A stretch of 64,000 nt of DNA from a virus: positions 64,001 to 128,000 of IMG/VR virus record IMGVR_UViG_3300027747_002198; one strand, written 5' to 3'. The position numbers were made by a program, and so were the translations under genes. Under the pieces are notes generated by a model. The model saw nothing but the letters and a program-made list of their open reading frames with translations, ran no database searches and was not told where the DNA came from. Positions 1 through 9,880 of the stretch are shown piece by piece. Every line of letters begins with the position of its first letter. Position 1 is the first letter of the stretch.

Positions 1-317
1 TTGTTAAGAACCTTATTGAGGGAGGTGCACAAATCGGTGTTTCTTCTCGTGGTATGGGTTCTTTAAAAAATGTTAACGGTGTAAATGTAGTTCAAGACGA
101 TTTTCATCTGGCCACAGCGGCGGATATAGTAGCAGACCCTTCAGCACCTGATGCTTTTGTACAAGGTATCATGGAGGGTAAAGAATGGATGTTAGTCAAT
201 GGCGTATGGACTGAACAAGATTACTCTCAAGCGGTATCACAAATCCGCAAAGCTTCACAGAGAGATATTGAACAAGTTAGCATGCGTATCTTTGAAAACT
301 TCCTGAAAAAACTTTAA
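1..317 (+). CDS. gp21: prohead core protease, 5'-truncated by window edge
   Basis: Frame open from window start: VKNLIEGGAQIGVSSRGMGSL...ADIVADPSAPDAFVQGIMEGKEW, the conserved gp21 motifs; directly upstream of gp22/gp23. Confidence 0.95.
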   Translation, partial: VKNLIEGGAQIGVSSRGMGSLKNVNGVNVVQDDFHLATAADIVADPSAPDAFVQGIMEGKEWMLVNGVWTEQDYSQAVSQIRKASQRDIEQVSMRIFENFLKKL

Positions 318-318
318 A

Positions 319-326
319 TATAAATA
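319..326 (+). promoter_or_regulatory. T4-type late promoter TATAAATA
   Basis: Exact gp55 late consensus upstream of gp22. Confidence 0.85.
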
Positions 327-354
327 TCCATATCAAATCAAGGAGATTTTCAAA

Positions 355-1584
355 ATGGGAAAATTAACAGAAGCCGCTCAGTCAGTAATTTTGGGTGAAG
401 ATTCAAAATCAATGTTTGACAGCAACATTCGTGCTAAAGCTGGTCAGCGTGAATTAACCAATCCTTTAAAAGTTGGTTCTAGCAAATTACCTACATCTAC
501 TGTTGCTGGTCAACAAGATGTTGGCATGATTGGTCAGTCACCAGAACGTGGTTTGGTTGACGAATTACCAGATTATTTAAAAGGTGTTCCAACAGCAACT
601 CCTCCAGGTGCTACTCCTCCACAAGGTAGTGAAAAAGAAGGCGTTGGCATTACTAAATCACATGGCCCACAAGATACAGAAGGACGCAAAGATATTATGT
701 ACCCAGCCAAATCCGATGCAACCGATTACGAGGACATTCGTGATCGTAAACCTGCTAAGTTGCCTACCAATACTTTTGGTATGAACAAAGGCGCTACATT
801 TCAACATTACGATGGTACAACAGTTGCCGGTACACAATCTATCTCTTACGGTTCTTATGGTGAAGATGTTGAAGCCATGTTACAAGGTGAGGATCTTTCC
901 GAAGAATTCAAATCTAAAGCTGCTACAATTTTTGAAGCTGCCGTTGTTGCTCGTGCTGAAGCAGTTATTGCTGAAGCTGAAGAGCAATTAATTGAAGAAT
1001 TTGAACAAGCTGTAGAAGAAGTCAAAGAAGATTTGGCTGCTAAAGTTGATGACTATCTTAACTACATGGTTGAAGAATGGGTTAAAGAAAACGAAATCGC
1101 TATTAATTCTGGATTAAAATCTGAAATTGTAGAAGATTTTATTAAAGGTTTAAAAGGTTTGTTTGAAGAGCATTACATTGATATTCCAGATGAGCAAGTT
1201 GATGTTGTTGAAGAATTGACTGCTAAAGTTGAAGAATTGGAAGAATCTTTAAACGAACAAATTAATACTGCTGTTCAAATGAAAAAAGAATTGAATGAGC
1301 ATAAAAAAATTGAGGCTATCTACACAGCGTGTGAAGGCCTAACGCAGACCCAAGTAGAAAAAATGAAATCACTTGCAGAAGGTGTTGAATTTGCTACTGA
1401 GGAAGAGTTTGTGTCTAAGTTGGAAGTTATTAAAGAATCTTACTTTAAGAATTCCGTTAAGACCGCAGACAGTTCTGCTTTGGATGATGAAGTTCAAATT
1501 GAAGAAGAAACTAAGAAATCAGTTCATTCTCAGGACGCTTTAATTGAACAAGTCGCAAGAACCATTTCACAAACTAAGAAATAA
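355..1584 (+). CDS. gp22: prohead core scaffolding protein
   Basis: Acidic coiled coil with LSEEFKSKAATIFEAAV and VDDYLNYMVEEW motifs; between gp21 and gp23. Confidence 0.93.
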   Translation: MGKLTEAAQSVILGEDSKSMFDSNIRAKAGQRELTNPLKVGSSKLPTSTVAGQQDVGMIGQSPERGLVDELPDYLKGVPTATPPGATPPQGSEKEGVGITKSHGPQDTEGRKDIMYPAKSDATDYEDIRDRKPAKLPTNTFGMNKGATFQHYDGTTVAGTQSISYGSYGEDVEAMLQGEDLSEEFKSKAATIFEAAVVARAEAVIAEAEEQLIEEFEQAVEEVKEDLAAKVDDYLNYMVEEWVKENEIAINSGLKSEIVEDFIKGLKGLFEEHYIDIPDEQVDVVEELTAKVEELEESLNEQINTAVQMKKELNEHKKIEAIYTACEGLTQTQVEKMKSLAEGVEFATEEEFVSKLEVIKESYFKNSVKTADSSALDDEVQIEEETKKSVHSQDALIEQVARTISQTKK

Positions 1585-1609
1585 AAAGTACCATAATAAG
1601 GAGAATTAA

Positions 1610-2944
1610 ATGTACTTAACAGAAGAACTACAATCTAAATGGGGCGCAGTTCTGGATCATCCAGAATTAGATTCCATTAAGGATCCATACAAGCGTGCCG
1701 TTACAACATTAGTGTTGGAAAACCAAGCACAAGCAATGCGTCAAGATCGTCAACAATTGAACGAATTAAGCGATACTGGTCCTACCAACGTTGCTAGTGG
1801 TGTTCAAAACTTTGACCCAATTTTGATTTCTTTAGTACGCCGTGCTCTACCAAACTTGATCGCTTATGACGTTGCTGGTGTTCAGCCAATGACAGGCCCT
1901 ACAGGTTTGATTTTTGCAATGCGTGCTCGTTACGCTAACCAGACTGGTTCTGAGGCATTCTTCAACGAAGCCAATACAATCTTCTCTGGTAATACTTCAC
2001 AGTATGCACCATACAATAACTATGGTTTCAAAGGTAACTCAACATCTGATACAAATACCAATCCAGTAGCAACTTTAGGTGCTAACAACGTAACAACTGG
2101 TATTGGCATGACAACAGCTAAGGCTGAATTGTTAGGTGCTGACGGTGCTGATGCATTCCAACAGATGGCCTTCTCAATTGAGAAAGTTACTGTAACTGCT
2201 CAATCCCGTGCCTTGAAAGCTGAATACTCTTTAGAGTTGGCACAAGACTTGAAAGCAATTCATGGTCTTGACGCTGAAACAGAATTGTCAAACATTCTGT
2301 CTACAGAAATTTTGGCTGAAATTAACCGTGAAGTTATCCGTACTATCTACAACACTGCTGTTCCAGGTGCTCAGTATGGTACAACAACTGCTGGTTACTT
2401 TGACCTTGATACCGATTCAAACGGTCGTTGGTCTGTTGAGCGTTTCAAAGGTTTGATTTTCCAAATCGAGCGTGACGCTAACGTTATTGCCAAGCAGACT
2501 CGTAGAGGTAAAGGTAATGTGTTGATCGTTTCTTCTGACGTTGCTTCAGCAATGGCAATGGCTGGTGTTCTTTCTTATACACCTGCTCTCCAGTCTGATT
2601 TGCAAGTAGATGACACAGGCAATACATTTGCTGGTATGCTCCACGGTCGTATCAAAGTTTACATCGACCCATACTTTGGTGGATATACATCTAACCAAGA
2701 ATTGGTAACTGTAGGCTACAAAGGTACTTCACCATACGATGCTGGTTTGTTCTATTGCCCATACGTTCCATTGCAAATGGTTCGTGCTGTAGACCAATTC
2801 ACATTCCAACCAAAGATTGGATTTAAGACACGTTATGGAATGGTTGCAAACCCATTCGCACAAGGTCTCAATCCATCTGACGGTATTATTCGTGCTCAAC
2901 AGAACGTTTACTACAGGATTTTTGGAGTTAAAAATTTAATGTAA
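1610..2944 (+). CDS. gp23: major capsid protein
   Basis: GVQPMTGPTGLIFAMR, SRALKAEYSLELAQDLKAIHGLDAE, YCPYVPLQM, FQPKIGFKTRYG. Confidence 0.99.
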   Translation: MYLTEELQSKWGAVLDHPELDSIKDPYKRAVTTLVLENQAQAMRQDRQQLNELSDTGPTNVASGVQNFDPILISLVRRALPNLIAYDVAGVQPMTGPTGLIFAMRARYANQTGSEAFFNEANTIFSGNTSQYAPYNNYGFKGNSTSDTNTNPVATLGANNVTTGIGMTTAKAELLGADGADAFQQMAFSIEKVTVTAQSRALKAEYSLELAQDLKAIHGLDAETELSNILSTEILAEINREVIRTIYNTAVPGAQYGTTTAGYFDLDTDSNGRWSVERFKGLIFQIERDANVIAKQTRRGKGNVLIVSSDVASAMAMAGVLSYTPALQSDLQVDDTGNTFAGMLHGRIKVYIDPYFGGYTSNQELVTVGYKGTSPYDAGLFYCPYVPLQMVRAVDQFTFQPKIGFKTRYGMVANPFAQGLNPSDGIIRAQQNVYYRIFGVKNLM

Positions 2945-2982
2945 GCAAAAAGAAAAGTAAATCACCTCAGAGTGATATTTTT

Positions 2983-3010
2983 AGAGACCTCTTCGGAGGT
3001 CTCTTTTTTT
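2983..3010 (+). terminator. intrinsic terminator with UUCG tetraloop
   Basis: AGAGACCTC-TTCG-GAGGTCTCT followed by a T run after gp23. Confidence 0.92.
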
Positions 3011-3027
3011 GGCTCCTAAATAATAGT

Positions 3028-3558
3028 ATGACTGCCTTAACTAGAACACCTCAAAACACCAACTATGCACAACCGACAAAATTCATGTTGTCGTTTGATA
3101 GATTACCCACGGTTACATACTTCTGTACAGCTGTAAACGTACCAGGGGTGAGTGTAGGACAGGCCCCAATCGCTTTTCCATCGCTGACTGTATACTCGCC
3201 TGGTAACCAGTTGTCCTACAATAATTTTAATATTGATTTTAATGTGGATGAATCTTTGGAAACATGGAAAGAACTGTATAATTGGTTTAAATCTTTTGCC
3301 AGTCCTAATGGTACTGAAGAAAGGAATCGTTTAGGTTCTCAATCCAATCAATATAAAAATACCACAAAACCATGGTATTCAGATGCCACTTTGACTGTTT
3401 TAAATGCTCTTAATAATCCTGTAGTACGAATACAGTTTACCAATATGTTTCCTGTAGGATTATCTGATCTTAATTTTGACACCCAACAATCAGCGGATAC
3501 TATCATGACAGGTACCGCCAACTTTGTATACCAACAATTTGAATTTGTACCAGTTTAA
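3028..3558 (+). CDS. gp3: tail tube terminator / tail completion protein (gp3-like)
   Basis: Tail-tube-like motifs (SDATLTVLNALNNP, FPVGLSDLNFD); typical position between gp23 and uvsY. Confidence 0.8.
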   Translation: MTALTRTPQNTNYAQPTKFMLSFDRLPTVTYFCTAVNVPGVSVGQAPIAFPSLTVYSPGNQLSYNNFNIDFNVDESLETWKELYNWFKSFASPNGTEERNRLGSQSNQYKNTTKPWYSDATLTVLNALNNPVVRIQFTNMFPVGLSDLNFDTQQSADTIMTGTANFVYQQFEFVPV

Positions 3559-3632
3559 TGTAACATAACTATTGCCTTTTAACATGGAGTGTGTTACCGT
3601 GTAGAAAAGCATGTTAACTCTTTGAAATTATT

Positions 3633-4067
3633 ATGGAAAATCTAGAACAAGTATTAGAAAATTGGAAGCGTGATGCAGAAATTGACCAGACCGAACCTGG
3701 TAAAGAACTCATTCGTATTCCACTTCTTCACAACAAATATCTCACAATTCTCACTAAACACAAAATTGCTTCCAAGAAGGCACATTTTGATTATCTCCGT
3801 ATGCGGAAGATTAAATGGGAATACTATACTGGTAAAATGTCGCAAGAAGAATTAGAAGAATATGGATGGCAGCCTTTTCAATTTACCCTCAAATCCGACA
3901 TTACTACATACTTAGAAGCTGATGCAGATTTGATTAAACTACTTGAAAAGAAAGTTTATCATGAAGAAGTAGTATCGGTAATTGAATCAATAATGAGCGA
4001 ATTAAAATCAAGAACATTTCAGTTAAAAGATTTTATTTCTTGGGAAAAATTTATAGGAGGACAATAA
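3633..4067 (+). CDS. uvsY: recombination mediator
   Basis: IPLLHNKYL, KWEYYTGK, YLEADADL motifs; upstream of uvsW. Confidence 0.92.
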   Translation: MENLEQVLENWKRDAEIDQTEPGKELIRIPLLHNKYLTILTKHKIASKKAHFDYLRMRKIKWEYYTGKMSQEELEEYGWQPFQFTLKSDITTYLEADADLIKLLEKKVYHEEVVSVIESIMSELKSRTFQLKDFISWEKFIGGQ

Positions 4068-4246
4068 TGAGCAATGATGATTATGAACATTATATAACTC
4101 ACAACAACAAAAAATATCGTTATGATCCAGATTTTGATTGTTTTTATCCAGTAAATCCTCCTATGAGCCTTTGGGATAAAATTAGTCCTCTTGTAATTTT
4201 TTTGATATTATTAGCGGCATCATTAACAATTGATTATTTTAAATAA
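4067..4246 (+). CDS. small hypothetical protein with C-terminal TM helix
   Basis: ATG overlapping uvsY stop with AGGAGG RBS; hydrophobic C-terminus. Confidence 0.6.
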   Translation: MSNDDYEHYITHNNKKYRYDPDFDCFYPVNPPMSLWDKISPLVIFLILLAASLTIDYFK

Positions 4247-4261
4247 TTTTAGGAGAAAAGT

Positions 4262-4798
4262 ATGTCATCATTAGCGGAAATTTATAAAGAAAATATTGCA
4301 CGACATCCGTATCCATCCGACAAAGGTAGAACACATTGTTATATTGACGAATATTATAACAACGCCTTTGAGTCGTGGCGAAATACCACAAACAACGTTT
4401 TAGAAATTGGTATTCACCATGGTTCTTGTATGGAAATCTGGCGTGAATATTTTGCCAAGGCCAACAAAGTATATGGTGTGGATATTCTAGACCATGGTGT
4501 CCATGTTGAAGGATGTACTTTGGTTTATGGTGATGCTACAAAGCCAGAAACTTTTACTGGCATGGGTAACTTTGATGTAATCATTGATGATGGTTCACAT
4601 TTAACTCCAGATCAAATTAAAACATTTGAAATTTTATTTCCAATGTTAAACAAAGGCGGTGTTTATGTTATTGAAGATATACAAAAATTGGATGAGGAGC
4701 GGCAACAATACCTTTCTTTGTACCCAAATGTTAATATTGTTGATTTGCGTAGCGTCAATGGTTGGTATGATGATGTTATTATAGAATATATTAAATGA
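4262..4798 (+). CDS. class I SAM-dependent methyltransferase
   Basis: VLEIGIHHG motif I, FDVIIDDGSH, GGVYVIED. Confidence 0.85.
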   Translation: MSSLAEIYKENIARHPYPSDKGRTHCYIDEYYNNAFESWRNTTNNVLEIGIHHGSCMEIWREYFAKANKVYGVDILDHGVHVEGCTLVYGDATKPETFTGMGNFDVIIDDGSHLTPDQIKTFEILFPMLNKGGVYVIEDIQKLDEERQQYLSLYPNVNIVDLRSVNGWYDDVIIEYIK

Positions 4799-6288
4799 CA
4801 TTCGATATTACTGTAAATAAAAAAGATGAAGTACATGCCAAAATAAATTGTGAAAAACATATAGCAAAAGAGTTATCTGAGTATTTTACATTCTTTGTTC
4901 CAGGCTATCAATTTGTTCCTGCCTATCGTAATCGAATTTGGGATGGAAAGATAAGACTTTTTAATTTACAGAGTTCCACTTTATATCTTGGACTCATGCA
5001 TTATTTGCAATTGTTTTGTGAAGAGCGTGAATATTCTATTGAGTACCAAGATAACATTGATGTTGAAAATGAATATTCATTATATCACGCCAAAAAATTT
5101 ATTCAAGATTTAAACATACATTCTCGTGGTGAACAAATAGAAGTAAGAGATTATCAAATAGATTCGTTTGTTCATGCCATGCAACGTAAGCGAGCATTGT
5201 TGTTATCTCCTACCGCTTCTGGTAAATCCCTCATCATATATCTTATTTTTCGTCAATTATGCCAATATCAAAAACTTAAAGGTCTTATAATTGTTCCCAC
5301 CACTTCTTTGGTTGAGCAGTTATTTTCTGACTTTGGTGATTATAATGATGGCAGTATGGAGGAACAAATTCATCGTATTTACCAAGGCAAAGAAAAAACC
5401 ACAGACAAACCTTTGACAATATCCACTTGGCAGTCATTGTATAAAATGCCAAAAGAATATTTTGAACAATTTGATTATGTAATTGGTGATGAGGCACATA
5501 ACTTTAAAGCACAGTCACTTACCTCTATACTTACATCCTGTGTAAATGCTAAATATAGAATAGGACTTACAGGTACTTTAGATGGCACTAAAACACACAA
5601 ATTGGTATTAGAAGGTTTATTTGGTCCAGTTAAAAAAGTTATTAGTACTAAAGAATTAATTGATAATCAACAAGTATCGCAGTTTGAAATTAAATGTTTA
5701 GTATTAAAACATTCAGATGAAATTGCCAAAGAGTATAAACAAAAGTCGTATCAAGATGAAATACAGTATCTAATTTCTAATGAAGGACGAAATAAATTCA
5801 TTAAGAATCTTGCGGTTAGCCTTGGTAATAATACATTAATATTATATCAAATGGTTGAAAAGCACGGAGAGGTCCTGTATAATATGATAAAGGATACAAA
5901 GAAAATTGGCAACAGAAAAGTTTTCTTTGTCCACGGTGGAACAGAAACTTCTGACCGTGAAGAAATCAGAAGAATTATGGAGATAGAAAATGATGCAATT
6001 ATCGTGGCCTCTTTTGGTACTTTTTCTACTGGAATTAATATTAGGAATCTTCATAATATTATATTCGCTATGCCAACTAAGTCCACAATTAGGACTTTGC
6101 AAAGCATTGGAAGAGGCCTTAGACAAGCTGATGGAAAAGATATAGCAACATTATATGATATTGCTGACGACATGAGAGTTGGTAAACATATGAACTTTAC
6201 ACTTAAACATTTTGTGGAAAGAGTAAAAATTTATAATGAAGAAAAGTTTCCGTATAAAATGTATAAGATAGGACTAAAAGATGAGTAA
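4795..6288 (+). CDS. uvsW: SF2 DNA helicase
   Basis: SPTASGKS Walker A, DEAH, GLTGT, LQSIGRGLR. Confidence 0.96.
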   Translation: MTFDITVNKKDEVHAKINCEKHIAKELSEYFTFFVPGYQFVPAYRNRIWDGKIRLFNLQSSTLYLGLMHYLQLFCEEREYSIEYQDNIDVENEYSLYHAKKFIQDLNIHSRGEQIEVRDYQIDSFVHAMQRKRALLLSPTASGKSLIIYLIFRQLCQYQKLKGLIIVPTTSLVEQLFSDFGDYNDGSMEEQIHRIYQGKEKTTDKPLTISTWQSLYKMPKEYFEQFDYVIGDEAHNFKAQSLTSILTSCVNAKYRIGLTGTLDGTKTHKLVLEGLFGPVKKVISTKELIDNQQVSQFEIKCLVLKHSDEIAKEYKQKSYQDEIQYLISNEGRNKFIKNLAVSLGNNTLILYQMVEKHGEVLYNMIKDTKKIGNRKVFFVHGGTETSDREEIRRIMEIENDAIIVASFGTFSTGINIRNLHNIIFAMPTKSTIRTLQSIGRGLRQADGKDIATLYDIADDMRVGKHMNFTLKHFVERVKIYNEEKFPYKMYKIGLKDE

Positions 6289-6901
6289 TGTTGATTTACC
6301 AACCGATTCTGGTGATTATGATTTATTATTTCGAGCGGCCACACAAATTGATAATGTGCCAGGAATTGTTTGTGAAATTGGTACTCGCCGTGGTGGAAGT
6401 TTAAAATATATTATTGACGGACTACTAAGTGTTGGAGATAATAATCGTAATGTTATTTGCATTGATCCTTATGGTAATATTGAATACGCAGATTCCGAAG
6501 GACATAAAATTGTAACCGATTACACCAATGATATGAGAAATGAATCTTGGGCAAACATTAATCAATATGTTCAAGGTAAACCGGTTAATGTGGTATTTTA
6601 TTGTTTAGAAGATACCGAATTTTTTAATAGATTTAGTGATGGTGTTCCTTTTTATAATACACATAAAGAAATATTAAATCAATATAGTTTAGTGTTTTTT
6701 GATGGACCACACGACACACCGAGTCTATTTAAAGAATTGGAGTTTTTTTACCCTAGAAGTATTGTAGGTACAAGATACGTTTTTGATGATGTTGCAGGTT
6801 ATCCGCATGATTTGATTCACGATGATTTATTAAAAAATGATTTTGAATTAGTAGAATCAGGACCAGAAAACCGAAAGAAAAGTTACATCAAAATAAAATA
6901 G
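6281..6901 (+). CDS. SAM-dependent methyltransferase (Methyltransf_24/TylF-like)
   Basis: VCEIGTRRGGS, IDPY, FFDGPH, VFDD. Confidence 0.75.
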   Translation: MSNVDLPTDSGDYDLLFRAATQIDNVPGIVCEIGTRRGGSLKYIIDGLLSVGDNNRNVICIDPYGNIEYADSEGHKIVTDYTNDMRNESWANINQYVQGKPVNVVFYCLEDTEFFNRFSDGVPFYNTHKEILNQYSLVFFDGPHDTPSLFKELEFFYPRSIVGTRYVFDDVAGYPHDLIHDDLLKNDFELVESGPENRKKSYIKIK

Positions 6902-6909
6902 GACTAAAA

Positions 6910-7290
6910 ATGGAAAATAATATAAAAATAGTTCGTTTAAAAAATGGTGAAGATATCATTGGCAACTTGTGTAGTAAAGAAAATGGTAACATGGACATTA
7001 CAGAACCTATGAGTGTCCAAATTGTTGAACAAGGTGAACGTAGACCAGGTTTGGTAATGTCACATTGGTTGCCAGTGCAATTAATTAAGAAAAATGAAAT
7101 CACGATTAATTCTCGTGATGTGCTTACGATGTTTGATCCTAATGAAGAATTTTGTGAGTACTATAGCAATACGGTAGAGAAGTTACATGCCGTATTAAAA
7201 GTAAGGGAGTATACAGATTCGTTAACGGATGAAGAACTAGAGGACATTATGGATTCTCTGGAAGAATCTAGAGGACAATCTATTCATTAA
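6910..7290 (+). CDS. conserved T4-like hypothetical protein (Sm-like fold likely)
   Basis: IKIVRLKNGEDII N-terminus, typical of the gene preceding gp55 in environmental T4-like phages. Confidence 0.65.
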   Translation: MENNIKIVRLKNGEDIIGNLCSKENGNMDITEPMSVQIVEQGERRPGLVMSHWLPVQLIKKNEITINSRDVLTMFDPNEEFCEYYSNTVEKLHAVLKVREYTDSLTDEELEDIMDSLEESRGQSIH

Positions 7291-7311
7291 TTTCAAAGGG
7301 GGACATACTCG

Positions 7312-7340
7312 ATAATACATCTTGTCAAGCCCTTTGTCAA
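7312..7340 (-). promoter_or_regulatory. antisense sigma70-type promoter
   Basis: Minus strand reads TTGACA-17 nt-TATTAT (with TG just upstream of the -10). Confidence 0.6.
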
Positions 7341-7373
7341 CAACTTTTTGTGGTAAACTTGAATGAGAATAAA

Positions 7374-7910
7374 ATGGCAAAACAAAAACACTATATTAAT
7401 AACGCTGACTTTTTAAAAGCTTTGGTCGATTACAAAGAAGCAACCAAACTTGCTAAGAGTAATAATACAGCACTTCCTCCAATTCCTAATTACATTGGAG
7501 AATGTTTTATGAAGATAGCAGAAGGTTTATCACACAAACCTAATTTCATAAATTACACCTATCGTGATGAAATGATGTCGGATGGTATTGAGAATTGCCT
7601 ACAATACTTTGACAACTTTGATCCTGCCAAATCCAAAAATCCATTTGCCTATTTTACTCAAGTCATTTACTTTGCCTTTTTACGGAGAATTTCCAAAGAA
7701 AAGAAACAAACATACGTTAAATACAAAGCTACCGAACAAATGGGTATTTTGGATGAACACGAAATGATGGAGTTTGAAGATGGTACCTCAGTACAGTTTG
7801 AATTATATGACAACATTGCTGAATTTATTGAAACTTATGAAGGTACCAAAAAAGCCAAAAAAGATGCGGCAAACAAGAAAAAAGGTGTTGAAAAGTTTTT
7901 AGGAGAATGA
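7374..7910 (+). CDS. gp55: late transcription sigma factor
   Basis: HYINNADF, YIGECFMKIAEGLS, NPFAYFTQVIYFAFLRRI. Confidence 0.96.
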   Translation: MAKQKHYINNADFLKALVDYKEATKLAKSNNTALPPIPNYIGECFMKIAEGLSHKPNFINYTYRDEMMSDGIENCLQYFDNFDPAKSKNPFAYFTQVIYFAFLRRISKEKKQTYVKYKATEQMGILDEHEMMEFEDGTSVQFELYDNIAEFIETYEGTKKAKKDAANKKKGVEKFLGE

Positions 7911-7937
7911 TATAATGAAATTTAGGAGATTAATACT

Positions 7938-8810
7938 ATGAAAATTGTTGAAAATTTTATGTTTTATAATGAGTTTGATATTTTAGAAATCAGACTTAAT
8001 ATTATGGGTGACTATGTTGACCGTTTTAACATTGTTGAAACCGACAGAACACATAGTGGATTACCAAAAGAATTCAATTTAGAAAAACAATGGGATCGGT
8101 TTGCCAAGTGGCATAATAAAATTAATTACATTAAGGTGTCAGGTTTTGAATCCCAACCAAATGCGTGGGATAATGAACGAGCCAATCGTAATCTTGCCAC
8201 ATTAGGTTGGGACGATCTGACTGATGAAGATGTTGTTATCATTTCCGACTGTGATGAAATTACACGACCAGAAGCACTACAGTATATCAGAGAAACAAAC
8301 TTTGATTATTATGCTTTGAAAATGCCAATCTTTTATTTCAAGTTTAACTATATGTTAACCAACGACATGGATGGATTTACCGTGTGGCCCATTGCATATC
8401 GTGGTATTAAAAGTAAAGGTTTAGTGCCATCACAAATGCGTAGGGGTTGGAATGAAACATCTAATCGAGATAGAAGTCATTTTAAAAATGGCGTAGTTGT
8501 CAATCATGCTGGTTGGCACTTTAGTTGGTATGGCGAGAAAGAAGATATTGAACGTAAGATTAAGAGTTATGCTCATACTGAATTTAATAACGATAATGTT
8601 CTAGGAACCTTAGATGTTGATGACTGCATCGCTCGTGGCGATGACCATTTAAAACGAGGTATGATTAAATGGAAAAAAATTCAATTTGATGATTATTTCC
8701 CACAATATTTACGAGATAATAAAGAGAAATATTCAAAGTATATTCTTGAGGATGGTGAACCCATATCCAATTTTATTGAACAAAAATTATTAACTGTTGA
8801 AGGTATGTGA
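7938..8810 (+). CDS. glycosyltransferase family 17-like
   Basis: FMFYNEFDILEIR, SDCDEI, GWHFSW, KIKSYAHTE are GT17 hallmarks. Confidence 0.85.
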   Translation: MKIVENFMFYNEFDILEIRLNIMGDYVDRFNIVETDRTHSGLPKEFNLEKQWDRFAKWHNKINYIKVSGFESQPNAWDNERANRNLATLGWDDLTDEDVVIISDCDEITRPEALQYIRETNFDYYALKMPIFYFKFNYMLTNDMDGFTVWPIAYRGIKSKGLVPSQMRRGWNETSNRDRSHFKNGVVVNHAGWHFSWYGEKEDIERKIKSYAHTEFNNDNVLGTLDVDDCIARGDDHLKRGMIKWKKIQFDDYFPQYLRDNKEKYSKYILEDGEPISNFIEQKLLTVEGM

Positions 8811-9880
8811 TGAAAGTGGCTATTATCACCGACCAACATTTTGGTGCTAGGAATGATTCGATCCATTTTTTGGATTATTATGACAAATTCTATACGAATA
8901 CTTTCTTTCCTATTATCGATAGTAATAACATCGGTACTGTTCTCATACTTGGTGACACATTTGACCGAAGAAAATATATTAATTTCTATTCTTACAAAAG
9001 AGCAAGAGAAATGTTTTTTGATAAACTCGCTCAGCGGAATATCAAAGTCCACATGCTTGCCGGTAACCATGATACCTACTACAAAAATACCAACGAAGTA
9101 AATTCTCCAGAACTTCTATTACAAGAATATACCAATATTGAAGTAATCGATTCACCAAAAACAATTGAAGTATACGATACTAAAATTTGCATGATGCCTT
9201 GGATTTGTCCAGAAAATTATGAAGATAGTATGAGAGAACTGAAGGAGACCGATGCCGAAATTTGTATGGGTCATTTTGAAATTGCTGGTTTTGCCATGAT
9301 GCGTGGCATGCCATCACATGAAGGATTAGATCGTGAACTTTTCAAACAATTTGATATGGTCTTTAGTGGCCACTATCATCATCGTTCAGCTGACGCAAAC
9401 ATTCGTTATCTTGGTAACCCGTATGAGCTCACATGGCAGGACTATAATGATACTCGTGGTTTCCATTTATTTGACTTATCTACTCGTGATTTGGAGTTTA
9501 TTCAAAACCCTAATGTAATGTTTCATCGAATTGTTTATGATGACAAAAAAGAAACTATTACCGAGATTACCAATAAAGATTTAAACAAGTATACCAATAC
9601 TTATGTTAAAGTGGTTGTAATCAACAAAACTAATCCTTATCTGTTTGACCGGTTTATGGAAAATCTTTATAAGGTTAATCCAATCGATATTACCATTGCC
9701 GAGGACTTTACTGACTTGACAGAAGGTGTAGAAGATGATATAATTAATCAAGCAGAAGATACTTTAACCATCATTAACAAATATGTGGATGGTATTTCTG
9801 AAGATAACATTGATAACAATAAACTTAAAAACGTTCTCAAAGAATTATATGTTGAGGCATTGAATACAGAACAGGCATGA
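8807..9880 (+). CDS. gp47: recombination endonuclease subunit (Mre11/SbcD-like)
   Basis: ITDQHFG, GDTFD, GNHD, SGHYH phosphoesterase motifs. Confidence 0.96.
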   Translation: MMKVAIITDQHFGARNDSIHFLDYYDKFYTNTFFPIIDSNNIGTVLILGDTFDRRKYINFYSYKRAREMFFDKLAQRNIKVHMLAGNHDTYYKNTNEVNSPELLLQEYTNIEVIDSPKTIEVYDTKICMMPWICPENYEDSMRELKETDAEICMGHFEIAGFAMMRGMPSHEGLDRELFKQFDMVFSGHYHHRSADANIRYLGNPYELTWQDYNDTRGFHLFDLSTRDLEFIQNPNVMFHRIVYDDKKETITEITNKDLNKYTNTYVKVVVINKTNPYLFDRFMENLYKVNPIDITIAEDFTDLTEGVEDDIINQAEDTLTIINKYVDGISEDNIDNNKLKNVLKELYVEALNTEQA

